Position numbers and translations under genes: made by a program. A stretch of 64,000 bases of DNA from Hamiltosporidium tvaerminnensis FI-OER-3-3 (lineage: Eukaryota > Fungi > Microsporidia), in contig JAKIMF020000001.1 of assembly GCA_022605425.2 (NCBI GenBank), positions 2,108,001 to 2,172,000 of the forward strand, written 5' to 3'. The notes below the pieces were generated by a model that saw nothing but the letters and a program-made list of their open reading frames with translations, was not told where the DNA came from and made no database searches. Shown in pieces: positions 13,020-23,713 of the stretch (position 1 is its first letter; every line of letters begins with the position of its first letter).

Positions 13020-13260
13020 ATGAATTAATACAGTTATTTGTTTTAAATAGATTACTGTTTCCACAACTCTCTATCGATACCTCGTGGATAGCAACATTGA
13101 AAAGATTTTCATCTATAAATAGTGTAGAATACATTTTATAGCAAAATGTTGTTCTTTGTTTTTTATAAATATTATCTGGTTGTGATCTGCTCTCGAAACC
13201 TACTTTATCTTCACACGAGACCTGCAAAATCATCACTTACTCACCCCATATAAACCAAAT
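13020..13260 (-). mobile_element. Relic of an R2-like RLE retroelement C-terminus (second family)
   Basis: Nucleotide similarity to 39800-40270 and 62330-62790 (ttctacac...tagatgaaa...tatc...ggt..cgat.gag.gttg). SRSQPDNIY resembles the RLE R-x-PD motif. Confidence 0.4.
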
Positions 13261-15115
13261 AGACTTTTTTTAAGATATATTTTGTGAAATTATATGAAAT
13301 TCACTCAAATTTTCGATTTTATATCCGCGTTTATAATATTTTAATTAGGATTCAGCCTTTTTGAACATAATGTTTAATTTTTGCGTTTCCCATGTCTTAA
13401 GTCTTCGAATAAAATAAGAAAAACTGAGTTTCTATGTTTTTACATAGTAATTACCTACAATCTCAACGAATTTCTAATCTATTTACTTGAAAAAATCAAA
13501 TTTTCTCTTTAGAAATAATTTTTAATTTTACACACCTCTTCTTCATAAACAAATTCCAATTGAACAATCAAAGATGTAGTGAAGTTTTTATTCCATTATA
13601 AATTTCAGTAATCATTTTATTTATAAATTCTTCCTAATCGTTAGAAGCAAATGCTTTTAAGTGAAGATATTCTTCTTTAATCTAAAAGAATCAAATAAAA
13701 TATATCTTTAAATTAAAGATGTGCAAGAAAATCATAGAAAAAAACAATGAAGACATATTTAAAGGTGAAAAAAGCGAGAATGAAACTTAATATCACCAAA
13801 AATAATCGAGTAAGTCCAAGATCACAGCGAGATAATTTACCTCGAAATATTTAATTGGTTCTAAAAATATAAGACACAAATAATAATGTTCCGATACGGA
13901 ATATTAATCTTATTATTAGATTATAATCTCACAGAAACAATAATAGTGTGCAGAATTAGAACATAAAACACTTTAAAATGTTTGATTGGTTCAAAATAAT
14001 ATTTGCATTGAATATTATTAAAAAAATTTAGTTTGTAGTAATCTTGTTAAAAGAATTAATGAATATTTTTTTTACTTTTTTTAAGTTTGAATTTATAAGA
14101 AAAGTATAACTTAAATTACTTAGATCGGATTCCGTTTCCAATCTTTGTCATAATACATAAACAATCATAAGATAGCGAGTAATATTTTTTTTGTCTTTTA
14201 CAGTGTAATTTAGTATATAGTATATGGTATAGCTTAAATAATAATTATATAAAGCAATTATTTTTAAATAGACTTATGAAATTTTATACTTACTTAATTA
14301 ATGTTTTTTTACGGAGGATTATAGGTTATAAAATTAATGGATTAACTAATATAGCAGCCTAAAGAAAACAGATTTTTTCAAGCAAATAAAATGACTTCAT
14401 CGCGTCAAAGCTAAATAAAAGTAAAGCAGAACCGATTAAAACAGATGGTAAAGTGTAATGAGCAAAAGAGAAATCATGAGGTGAAGCCACAAAAAATCTA
14501 AATTAAATGAAACACAAGCTGAAAAATTTGGTTATTAAAAAATTTTTATAATTCTATTAAAAAATTTCTCAAAGACGATGAAAAATATAAAATTGAAATA
14601 CAAAAAAAATACATCGGAAAACATATTAGAAGAGAATATATAACCTTTAATAAAAAAATCAAGATATTACAGCCTTGAAAATAAATTTTAAGAAGTTAAA
14701 TATCTATTGAGCTATGATTTTTTGAGGAACTTAAAATTAATTTTGTTTGATATTGTTTCAACTCCTAGTAAAAAAATTATCGAACTAAATTTATTAAAAT
14801 ATTTTTTAAGTTTGTTCTGAAATAAATTATGATTTTTCGAGGTTTTTATTCGAATATAATACTTTATTTTCTAATCAAATAGAATTATATGTATTTCTTT
14901 ATAAAAAAAATAATTCCATGTTTAAATTTGGATTTTAAAGATCAAGCTTAATGTATTAATTAATTATAAATAAAGAAGATCAATAATTGAGTGTATTTAT
15001 CAAGAAGAATTTACAAATATTTTTTTAAAGCTGTTTTGATTGTTTAAAAAAACTAATTATATTATTAAATATTTTTCTTAATTCTTATCATAGTTATTCA
15101 ATAAACATTATTTAC

Positions 15116-18100
15116 ATGAAACAGTTTTTATCTTCGTTTCAGACATTGAATAAATATAGTACATTTTTTTGCTTCATGTATGATACTTATAATCTAGAAG
15201 GAAAGTTTTTTAAATTATCAGCTGAAGACCTAGAAAATATAGTCGAAAAAAAAACCATTTTTATTCCAAATTTAATAAATAATATTGAAGATCTCGGGTC
15301 TTTACTTTACAGAAACCTAAAAAACGGATCACTTGAATTAGATAAAGAGCACCTCTTAATTTATGAATCTTCCTTAGTATCAAAAAATGACCTGGATTTA
15401 TCAAATATAGAAAAAATATATCAGAATTATAACCTGTATCGTTATGGAAATAATGAAAGTACCATTGAAAATAAAAGATCTTTCTGGTCAATTCTTATCA
15501 ACAACATGAATGACAAAACACTATTTCTTTTACTATTTGCATCGATCATGTCTTTTGTAGTTGGTGCTTATAAAATAATCAATTTTTCTGAGAAATACAG
15601 TTGGATTGAAGGTACATCCATTTTAGTGGCAGTTATTGTAATTGTTTTGATTGGAACATTAAATGAATATTCACAGGAAAATCTTTTTGGCAAAATGGAT
15701 AAGAAAAATACTGATTACAATGTCAAGGTTTTTTGTAATAATGCTTTTGACACTAAAAAATCGTCAAAATTGATGACAGGAGAAATAATTTATTTAGAAC
15801 CTGGGGATATCATACCAGCCGACTGTATATTAGTGTCAAATGATAAAATAACCTGTGATGAATCGATTATATCTGGGGAATCTGAAACGGTAGAGAAAAA
15901 AATAAAGAATGATATTTTCCTAACCTCTGGTACGTATGTTACTGAAGGATCTGCAAAAGCTCTAATATTAGCTGTAGGGACTCATTCCGTCAAAGGAAAG
16001 ATTATGAAAAACATGATAAAACCATCTAAAAAAACACCATTGGAAGTTAAAATCGAAGATTTATCACAAAATCTGGCTCGTAAAGCAATTTACATATCTT
16101 TGCTTTTATTCTTATCACATACAATTAAGGGAATAATATTTAGAACATCATATGATTTGAACAGAATTATGGAAATACTAATAGAATCAATCTCAATAAT
16201 TGTTATGGCGGTTCCAGAAGGACTACCTATGGCAATCACGATTGCTTTATCATTTGGCACCAAACGTATGCTAAAAGACAACAATCTAGTACGTGATGTA
16301 TCAGCATGTGAAACAATGAACAATACAAACTATATATGCACCGATAAAACAGGAACGCTCACAAAAAATGAAATGGCAGTAAAATATATTTATACAGATA
16401 ACATAAAAATTGAAATCACAAATATTTATGGACACCAAAATGCCAGCGTTTTGAGAAGAATTGAAAAACATACTTCCCTAAATCACACAATAAAAAATAT
16501 AGTTTTAAATTGTTCTGCTTTTGAAAACAAAGAAGGAAAATATATTGGCTCTAAAAGCGAAAGCGCATTGCTTGATATCCTCAAGAAAGATGATATAGAC
16601 TATAAATTTATAAGAAAAAGACATAAAATTATAGCCAGACATACATTTAGTTCGGATACAAAATATATGTCAACTATGATAAAATACAAAGGCAAATATG
16701 TAGTTTATTTCAAAGGTGCACCTGAAGTAATTTTAGAAAACTGTAAATTTGAAATGAAAAATGATGTTCTAAAACCTTTTTATATAGTCTCATTGATGGA
16801 TTTCTTAGAAGAAGCTGATAGAATGTGTTATAGAACAATGGTGATGTCATATATAGAATTAGATACATTTGATCCTCAAGCAATTATAATTGGAAAATAT
16901 AAAACAACTTTTTTAATTGCTATCGCTTTAGAAGATCCACTGAGGCCAGAAGTATCTGAAAAAATCATACAGTGCAAAGAAGCTGGAATCAATCTTGTTA
17001 TGTTAACTGGTGATAATCTCTTCATGGCAGAATATCTGGCAAAAAAATTAAAAATACTTACACCTTCATATTATTGTATTAGTGGCGAAGAACTTCGATC
17101 TAAATCTGATGATGAGTTAGAAAGAATAATACACAAAATAAAAGTAGTCGCACGTGCAAATCCACTTGATAAAAAAAGATTCGTAAATATTTTACAGAAA
17201 AAAGGAAACATAGTTGCAGTAACTGGAGACGGTTCAAATGACGGCCCAGCCTTAAAATCAGCTGATGTTGGGTTTGGTATGGGAATATCTGGTACCGATA
17301 TCGCTAAAGAAGCTTCATCTATAATTTTATTAGATGATGATTTCTCTTCTTTGATTAAAACAGTGTCTTGGGGAAGATGTATAAATAATTCAGTTAGAAA
17401 ATTTATTCAGTTTCAACTAACTGTTACAATAACGACTATAGGTGTTGCGATAGTAAGTTCATTACTATCTTCAACAACAGCATCAGCTTTTTCTCCTATA
17501 AAATTGATATGGATAAATATTTTAATGGATACCTTAGCAGCTTTGGCACTTTCTACCGACGAGCCCGATGATTATTTACTTAGGAGAAGCCCAGAACCCA
17601 AAAATGCTCCCATAATTACCAGAAGCATGAAATTATTTATTATAATGTCATCCATTTACCAGTTTCTATTGATTTCCTTACTTTATTATCTTAATTTAGG
17701 AAATACATTCATATTTAATACATTTATTTTTGTACAACTCTTTAATGAAATTAATGCCCGATCCTTAGATCCATTTCACTCTCCCTTTATCGGAATACTG
17801 AAAAACAAAATATTCATTTTCACGAATTTAATTTTAGCAATGCTCCAGATTATAGTCGTACAATATGCCGGGATCGTTTTTAAAACCATTCCACTCACTT
17901 TAAACGAAATGTTTGCCACAATATTTTTAGGATTTACCGTTATTCCATATTTTATATTCATCAGAGCCTTTTTAAGACTTAAATTTCAAAGAACTGCTAG
18001 GGATTGGAAGTCATCGTTTAGACATCTTAGTATGGAATTAAGATTATTAGAAGCATTTTCAAATATCGGTGATGAGAATTGTGAAGTTTTTAATCGCTAA
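15116..18100 (+). CDS. PMC1: P-type IIB Ca2+-transporting ATPase (PMC1/PMCA-like)
   Basis: VPEGLP, ICTDKTGTLT phosphorylation motif, KGAPE, MLTGDN, VAVTGDGSNDGPAL, WINILMDTLAALAL and QLFNEINAR. Confidence 0.92.
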   Translation: MKQFLSSFQTLNKYSTFFCFMYDTYNLEGKFFKLSAEDLENIVEKKTIFIPNLINNIEDLGSLLYRNLKNGSLELDKEHLLIYESSLVSKNDLDLSNIEKIYQNYNLYRYGNNESTIENKRSFWSILINNMNDKTLFLLLFASIMSFVVGAYKIINFSEKYSWIEGTSILVAVIVIVLIGTLNEYSQENLFGKMDKKNTDYNVKVFCNNAFDTKKSSKLMTGEIIYLEPGDIIPADCILVSNDKITCDESIISGESETVEKKIKNDIFLTSGTYVTEGSAKALILAVGTHSVKGKIMKNMIKPSKKTPLEVKIEDLSQNLARKAIYISLLLFLSHTIKGIIFRTSYDLNRIMEILIESISIIVMAVPEGLPMAITIALSFGTKRMLKDNNLVRDVSACETMNNTNYICTDKTGTLTKNEMAVKYIYTDNIKIEITNIYGHQNASVLRRIEKHTSLNHTIKNIVLNCSAFENKEGKYIGSKSESALLDILKKDDIDYKFIRKRHKIIARHTFSSDTKYMSTMIKYKGKYVVYFKGAPEVILENCKFEMKNDVLKPFYIVSLMDFLEEADRMCYRTMVMSYIELDTFDPQAIIIGKYKTTFLIAIALEDPLRPEVSEKIIQCKEAGINLVMLTGDNLFMAEYLAKKLKILTPSYYCISGEELRSKSDDELERIIHKIKVVARANPLDKKRFVNILQKKGNIVAVTGDGSNDGPALKSADVGFGMGISGTDIAKEASSIILLDDDFSSLIKTVSWGRCINNSVRKFIQFQLTVTITTIGVAIVSSLLSSTTASAFSPIKLIWINILMDTLAALALSTDEPDDYLLRRSPEPKNAPIITRSMKLFIIMSSIYQFLLISLLYYLNLGNTFIFNTFIFVQLFNEINARSLDPFHSPFIGILKNKIFIFTNLILAMLQIIVVQYAGIVFKTIPLTLNEMFATIFLGFTVIPYFIFIRAFLRLKFQRTARDWKSSFRHLSMELRLLEAFSNIGDENCEVFNR

Positions 18101-18709
18101 TTTCTATAAAATATATTTTTCTCAAATAAAATTTTTTTAATTTTATTTCCATATTTAAATTTAATTTAGTTAATATAATGTAAGTAAAATAATATTAAAG
18201 ATAAAAACGCTATATCTAAAGATTTATTGAGAAATTATTAAGAAAAATTATATTTATAATATATAAATAAATAATGTACATAAATGTTCAGAAGATTCTA
18301 TTTAGTAAGGAATATAATTTTATTTAGTTAAAATTAATAATCTAAAATATTTCTTTAAAATATATCCACTATTTAATATAATTAGAAACAAAATTGATGT
18401 TCAACAATCATAAAAATATTTTATTTAAATACAACGTCATTTCTAAATATGAGGTATTTATGAGGTAAACAAATTTGAAAATTTATTTAAATCATAAATT
18501 TATTAAAGAAATAGTTATGATCACTTTATAAAATTAAAAATAAAGTATAAATAACAAGATTATAAATATAAATACGGTTTTTTGTAACCAAATGTTATAT
18601 ATCTAAAGCAAATATATTTTTTAAATTTTTATTTATATTTTTGTTTATATTTTTGTAGACTTCGTTATTAGAATTTTCTAGATTTCCTTCTTCAAAATTA
18701 TTTATTAAA

Positions 18710-19101
18710 TTTTTTTACTTCTTGAATCTATAAAAATACGGGTTTTTTTACTTCTCTAATCTATAAAAATACTAATTTTTTTACTTCTTTAATTTATAAA
18801 AATACGGGTTTTTTTACTTCTTTAATTTATAAAAATACGGGTTTTTTTACTTCTCTAATCTATAAAAATACTAATTTTTTTACTTCTTTAATTTATAAAA
18901 ATACGGGTTTTTTTACTTCTTTAATTTATAAAAATACGGGTTTTTTTACTTCTCTAATCTATAAAAATACTAATTTTTTTACTTCTTTAATTTATAAAAA
19001 TACGGGTTTTTTTACTTCTTGAATCTATAAAAATACGGGTTTTTTTACTTCTCTAATCTATAAAAATACTAATTTTTTTACTTCTTGAATCTATAAAAAT
19101 A
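18710..19101. repeat. 33-bp minisatellite, about 12 units, three unit variants
   Basis: Unit tttttttacttct(tg/ct/tt)aat(c/t)tataaaaatac(ggg/taa). 'acttc' recurs every 33 bp from 18717 to 19080. No spacers, and stop codons in all frames. Confidence 0.95.
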
Positions 19102-19210
19102 AAAATTTCCTACAAAAATATATTCTCAAAAATAAAAGAAGACAAATATTTAAAAAAAAATATTTTTTAAATAAAACAATAAATTTAAATAATAAATTAC
19201 TTTTATTATT

Positions 19211-19704
19211 TTATCTTGAAGGTTTATCTTTCTTTCCCTTAAATATCGCCATCAAAGAGACATTCTGTACTTTAGAGACCTTAAAACGAATACCAGGAAT
19301 ATCACCTTTAGATCTTCCTTGTTTACCAAAACCTTCAATCGTAACAATATCGTTACATTCAATATAATTGAGAGAACCATCATAAGGAACAAAAGCTGTA
19401 ACTTTTTTACTGTTCTTTATAAGCTGTACACGTACAGCTTTTCTGATGGCAGAATTTGGTTGTTTGGCTTCTACACCGCTAAAATTAGTATCAGAAATTG
19501 AATCATCAACATCAGTTGTCCCGACCAATGGGATTCATCATACACTTACATTTTCTCAAGTACAATACCATTTGCCTGTGGAGCACCACCTACAATAGAT
19601 TTTAAATGTCTATTGGGTAACATCCTTCTTCTGTAGGCTATATCTGCTTTTCTTTTGGTTTTTCTGTTTCTCTTTAGCTTAGCAGCACAATAATATCCAA
19701 GCAT
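19211..19704 (-). CDS. RPS23: 40S ribosomal protein S23 (uS12), two exons: join(19704..19550, 19478..19211), 140 aa
   Basis: Splicing restores [14 protein letters not shown]|[22 protein letters not shown]...[10 protein letters not shown]. Exons of 155+268 nt give 141 codons. ccccaa precedes the ATG at 19704. Confidence 0.96.
19479..19549 (-). other. 71-nt spliceosomal intron of RPS23
   Basis: 5' GTAAGT (19549-19544), branch point TACTAAT (19490-19484), 3' TTTAG. Removal restores the conserved protein frame. Confidence 0.94.
19488..19544 (-). ncRNA. Intronic box C/D snoRNA, SNORD74 (U74)/snR64-like
   Basis: Box C ATGATGA 19541-19535, D' CTGA 19515-19512, C' TTGATGA 19509-19503, D CTGA 19494-19491. 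The D' guide TTGGTCGGGACAA-CTGA resembles the U74 guide TTGGTAGGGACAT-CTGA (recalled), antisense to the LSU rRNA motif UGUCCCUAYC. Confidence 0.85.
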
Positions 19705-19949
19705 TTGGGGTTACAAAAATAAAACGAAAAAAAATGTTTTAAAAAATATTTTAAGCCTTATTTTACTACAGACTAAATTTTATTTGAAATATTCAGAAAA
19801 ACAAATAAATTTGATTTGAATAAAAATATTTTAAAGATCTTGCAATGATTTATTTAAAATATTTCTATTTATTGGAGTAAGATTGTTTCAAAGATCTTGT
19901 TTTGATTTATTTACTAATTTATTTAACGAATTATTTATTTTCATTTAAA

Positions 19950-21600
19950 TAAAAATATTTCTAAGAATCAGTTCAAATACTAATATAATAATTTATTTAA
20001 TGAATTATTTATTAGAGTAAAAATATTTCTAAGAATCAGTTCAAATACTTATATAATAATTTATTCAACGAATTATTTATTAGAGTAAGATTGTTTTTAA
20101 GAAAGTGTATTATTTTGTTCAACAAATTATATTTCTATTTTTTAAAGATTTATTGCAAAAAAATCATTGATTATAATAATAATTCTAGGAAAAAAAAAGA
20201 TTTATTGATTATAATAATAATTCTAGGAAAAAAAAGATTTATGAATTCTTATAAAGAAATTAGATACAAATATATTTTAAAATCAGAATTTAAAATTATA
20301 AAAAAATAAATTGTTTTTTTTAAGTAAAAAGATTGCAAATTTACATTTCTACAGCAATCAAACAGAGGTTAGATTTTCTTAATGTAAAAATTAATATTTT
20401 TTACAACAAATTTAGTATTTTTGCGAAGATATTTCATTTTAATTTGTTTTTTGATATTCGGTGTTTTTTTAACTCAAAAATAAAATTTTATTTCTATATT
20501 TAGAAATAATTTTATGACTTTAATCATTGTATTTGTAACTGATTGGTTCATAAATAACCGTTTCAAACATATATTTCTACTTATCAATGTTCATAAAAAG
20601 TATTTATTTTTTATTTAAACTGATAATTCTTAAAGTATTATTTTTATAACTCTTTTGTCATATTGGATGATAGGAATCTACAGTAAAAATAAAAATAAAT
20701 ATTTTGAAAGAATTATCAGTTTTATTTTCTTTTTATAAAGTATATTTTAACAAATCTAAAGTAAAAGTAAAAATAAATATTTTGAACTAATTATCAGTTT
20801 TATTTTCTGTTTATAAAGTATGTTTTAACAAATCTAAAGTAAAAGTAAAAAGAATAAAATTTTATAAAAAAACATATTTTATTATAAAATTCTAATCACT
20901 AAAGGATTAAAAGAAATTTTTTATACTCAGTTTTGATCAGTAAAAACCGGTAATATTTAATAAGATACTATTAAACCACATTCTTATAATAATTATGGAG
21001 TTTTACATATCAAAACTATTAAATGAAAAATATAACATTTAATTATGATCACAGGCATCAAATATTAAGGATATTATAGATCTTAGCTTTATAAATCTCT
21101 TCGATCTTGTTCGTGAAACTAAAAAAAGACATTTGAATATTAGTTTTATATTTATATTTTAAAAAGTGTATGGAAGAAACAAATTATAGGATTTGACTCT
21201 ACCGGTGTAAATGGTATTTATTATGATGTCTATAAGAGATAATAATTACAAATTTAAAATTTAATTTTAATATAGAAGATTAAAAAAGGCAAAAAATTAT
21301 GGTGTGTTTAGGATGTGTATGGAAGAGAAATTTTGCACAAACAGTATTTTTTAATGAAAGATAAAACTTAAAATATTTTATTTAAATTATTTATTAAAAA
21401 ATTAAAAATTTAATAAAAAAAATATAAAATTTGAAACAAATATTTACACGGAATATAAATTTGTAAAGATTTAAAGAAATTTTTATTTGATTAATCCATT
21501 CTAAAGAGTATAATTTGAATCAAATATTTACACGGAATATAAATTTGTAAAGATTTAAATAAATTTTTATTTGATTAATTAATTGTAGAGAGTATAATTT
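19950..21600. repeat. Cluster of local two-copy tandem duplications (68 bp at ~19950-20088, ~42 bp at ~20165-20245, 78 bp at 20683-20850, 84 bp at 21437-21600)
   Basis: Direct repeats read from sequence, e.g. aaaaatatttctaagaatcagttcaaatac x2 and caaatatttacacggaatataaatttgtaaagattt x2. Confidence 0.8.
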
Positions 21601-21671
21601 GAAACTAAGTTAGAATTTTATAATATGTGATAGAGAGTGTATAATTTATAAAAATACAATTTTATCATACA

Positions 21672-21756
21672 ATTTTTATTGAATAAAATTCTGGGTTAAA
21701 ATATTTTTACCATATTTATGTATTTTCTTCTACCTCTTTAACCACCACTGTCTCTA
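21672..21756 (-). mobile_element. About 85-bp extreme 3' fragment of the R4/Dong-like element
   Basis: ttttattgaataaaattctgggttaaaatatttttaccat...ttcttctacctctttaaccacc matches the family 3' end. Confidence 0.75.
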
Positions 21757-22008
21757 ACTTTATATAAACATATAAGATCAAATCATATAAAATAATTTTT
21801 AAATCCTATTTCCCTTACATATATTTATATTCATCTCTTAAACTTAGAAAAAATAATATTAAATATTTCTTAATTTTTAAATTTGTCTTTAGAATTATAA
21901 GATTTAAACGGATAATTAAAATTATATTTTTTTTATTAAATATAATTTATTACCAATTTTTATTGAATACAAAAAATTTTAAGATTTATGAAATAAATAT
22001 TATCAAAT

Positions 22009-23364
22009 TTATGGATTTTTCGTTTTCTTAAATACAATGACTTTATATAATTCAATAACTTTCAATTCATCAATTGACAAGCGTTTTACTCTCATTCTTT
22101 CATATAAATTTTTATTAATTCGTATATTTTCATTAAAAAAGTTTAAAAATGATTTTTCTTCAATCAAATGAATATTTTCATTTTTAAATTTAGATTTTAG
22201 AATTTCACAATCTAGTAAATATTCTGGACAACTATCTACTGCACCATCCAAAGTAAATAAATATTCAGATAATTCTTCATTTTTTTCTATTTTGAAACTA
22301 ATTTTATAAAACTCATTTCCATAATTATTACCATATTTTTTTAATCTATTTAATAAAGTTACTTTATCAGGTATTGTTGCAATAAAATATCCATTTTCAC
22401 GGAGATGTAATGAAATATTTTTTACTAAATTATCAATAGTAACAGAATTTCTAAATCCATAATGTAAAGAAAATTGAGAACTTATAATATCAAAAGATCT
22501 ATTCAAATTGATTTCTTGGCAATAAACATCTAATAACATAAATTCTGCTTTGTATTTGTCTTTAATATTCAAATATCTCTTTTCTGCTTCCTTAATACTT
22601 TCTTCTGAAATGTCACAACCTAAATAGTTTTTAATTCGTAAATATTTATATTTCTGTAAATCTCCACCTTTGCCACATCCCATGTCTAATACATCCATTC
22701 GTTCTTTTATATATTTATTTAGTAAAATAGTTTTTATAAAATTATTAGTTGTAATAATATTTATTATTTTTGAATTTTTTCTTTCAGAAATTGTCTTTTT
22801 TTGTATTTTATCGTAATGTGTGGCTATTTTTCTATTTACTCTGGAAGATTCTGCTCTACTTTCCATAGAATTTAATTTTCTCATTTTCTTAGCGTACAAT
22901 GACTCTTTATTATCATCTTCTAGGCTTACTAAGGTGGGAATATTTTTTGAATTTTTATTTGAATCTTTAAGATTTTCTTCTAAATTTATCGAAGATGAAG
23001 AAGTTTCTTCATTTTTATTTGAATCTTTGTAGTTTTCTTCTAGATTTATCGAAGATGAAGAAGTGTGTGTATTTTTATTCGAATCTTTTTGATTTTCTTC
23101 TAGATTCATCGAAGATGAAGAAGTATGTGTATTTTTATTCGAATCTTTTTTATTTTCTTCTACATTTATAGTGTTGGTAATATTTCTTGATTCTTTTTGA
23201 TCCAGATGTATTATTTCATCTTCAATGTTTACAGTCTTTTCACCCTTTTCTATTAATATATCTTCGTTATTCACTATCGAATCTTTATCCTGTGGTTTAA
23301 CTTCTAATTCATCAGTAGTATTTGATACTTGGTCTTCTAAATCTTTAGTTGCGATATTTTTCAT
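22009..23364 (-). CDS. ABD1: mRNA cap guanine-N7 methyltransferase with repetitive N-terminal extension
   Basis: IATHYD, NNFIKT.LL, VLDMGCGKGGDLQKY, GCDIS, SSQFSLHY, GYFIATIP, YLFTLDGAVDSCPEY. Confidence 0.93.
   Translation of the reverse strand: MKNIATKDLEDQVSNTTDELEVKPQDKDSIVNNEDILIEKGEKTVNIEDEIIHLDQKESRNITNTINVEENKKDSNKNTHTSSSSMNLEENQKDSNKNTHTSSSSINLEENYKDSNKNEETSSSSINLEENLKDSNKNSKNIPTLVSLEDDNKESLYAKKMRKLNSMESRAESSRVNRKIATHYDKIQKKTISERKNSKIINIITTNNFIKTILLNKYIKERMDVLDMGCGKGGDLQKYKYLRIKNYLGCDISEESIKEAEKRYLNIKDKYKAEFMLLDVYCQEINLNRSFDIISSQFSLHYGFRNSVTIDNLVKNISLHLRENGYFIATIPDKVTLLNRLKKYGNNYGNEFYKISFKIEKNEELSEYLFTLDGAVDSCPEYLLDCEILKSKFKNENIHLIEEKSFLNFFNENIRINKNLYERMRVKRLSIDELKVIELYKVIVFKKTKNP
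22950..23170 (-). repeat. In-frame 60-bp (20-aa) tandem repeat in the ABD1 N-terminus, about 3.5 units
   Basis: N(V/L)EEN.KDSNKN.(H/E)TSSSS(M/I) repeated; 60-nt periodicity is visible. Confidence 0.9.
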
Positions 23365-23440
23365 AGATTATGTAGGGTAAAACCAGTTAGAGATACAAAA
23401 TTGAATAAAATCTCAAAATTTTAATATTTTATATTAGAAA

Positions 23441-23713
23441 GCTGGGAGAGAGCGTCAATAGGTGGTATTAAGAGAGCAGATATGCATCGGGACGAAAACC
23501 CCTTATAAAGCAGCGAAAAATGAGGAAGCGGGTGGTAAACATATAAAAAAAATATTACACACCTTTTTTCACAAGGAGCGCCATGTTAGAGGAACCGACG
23601 ATAAAAGACAATGCAGAGTCGGATATAGAAGAAGAAACAATGGTGGTAAAAGAGGTAGAAGAAAATGTATGAAAATTTTAAAATGTATTAACCCTGAATT
23701 TTATTAAGTAAAA
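23441..23713 (+). mobile_element. 5'-truncated retrotransposon copy with 10-bp TSD
   Basis: Starts gctgggagagagcg (SWERAS) and ends aaccctgaattttattaagtaaaa. atattagaaa at 23431-23440 and 23714-23723. Confidence 0.82.

Noticed and set aside
18710-19101. CRISPR array
   Set aside because: Contiguous units with no unique spacers, no cas genes, and a eukaryotic context.
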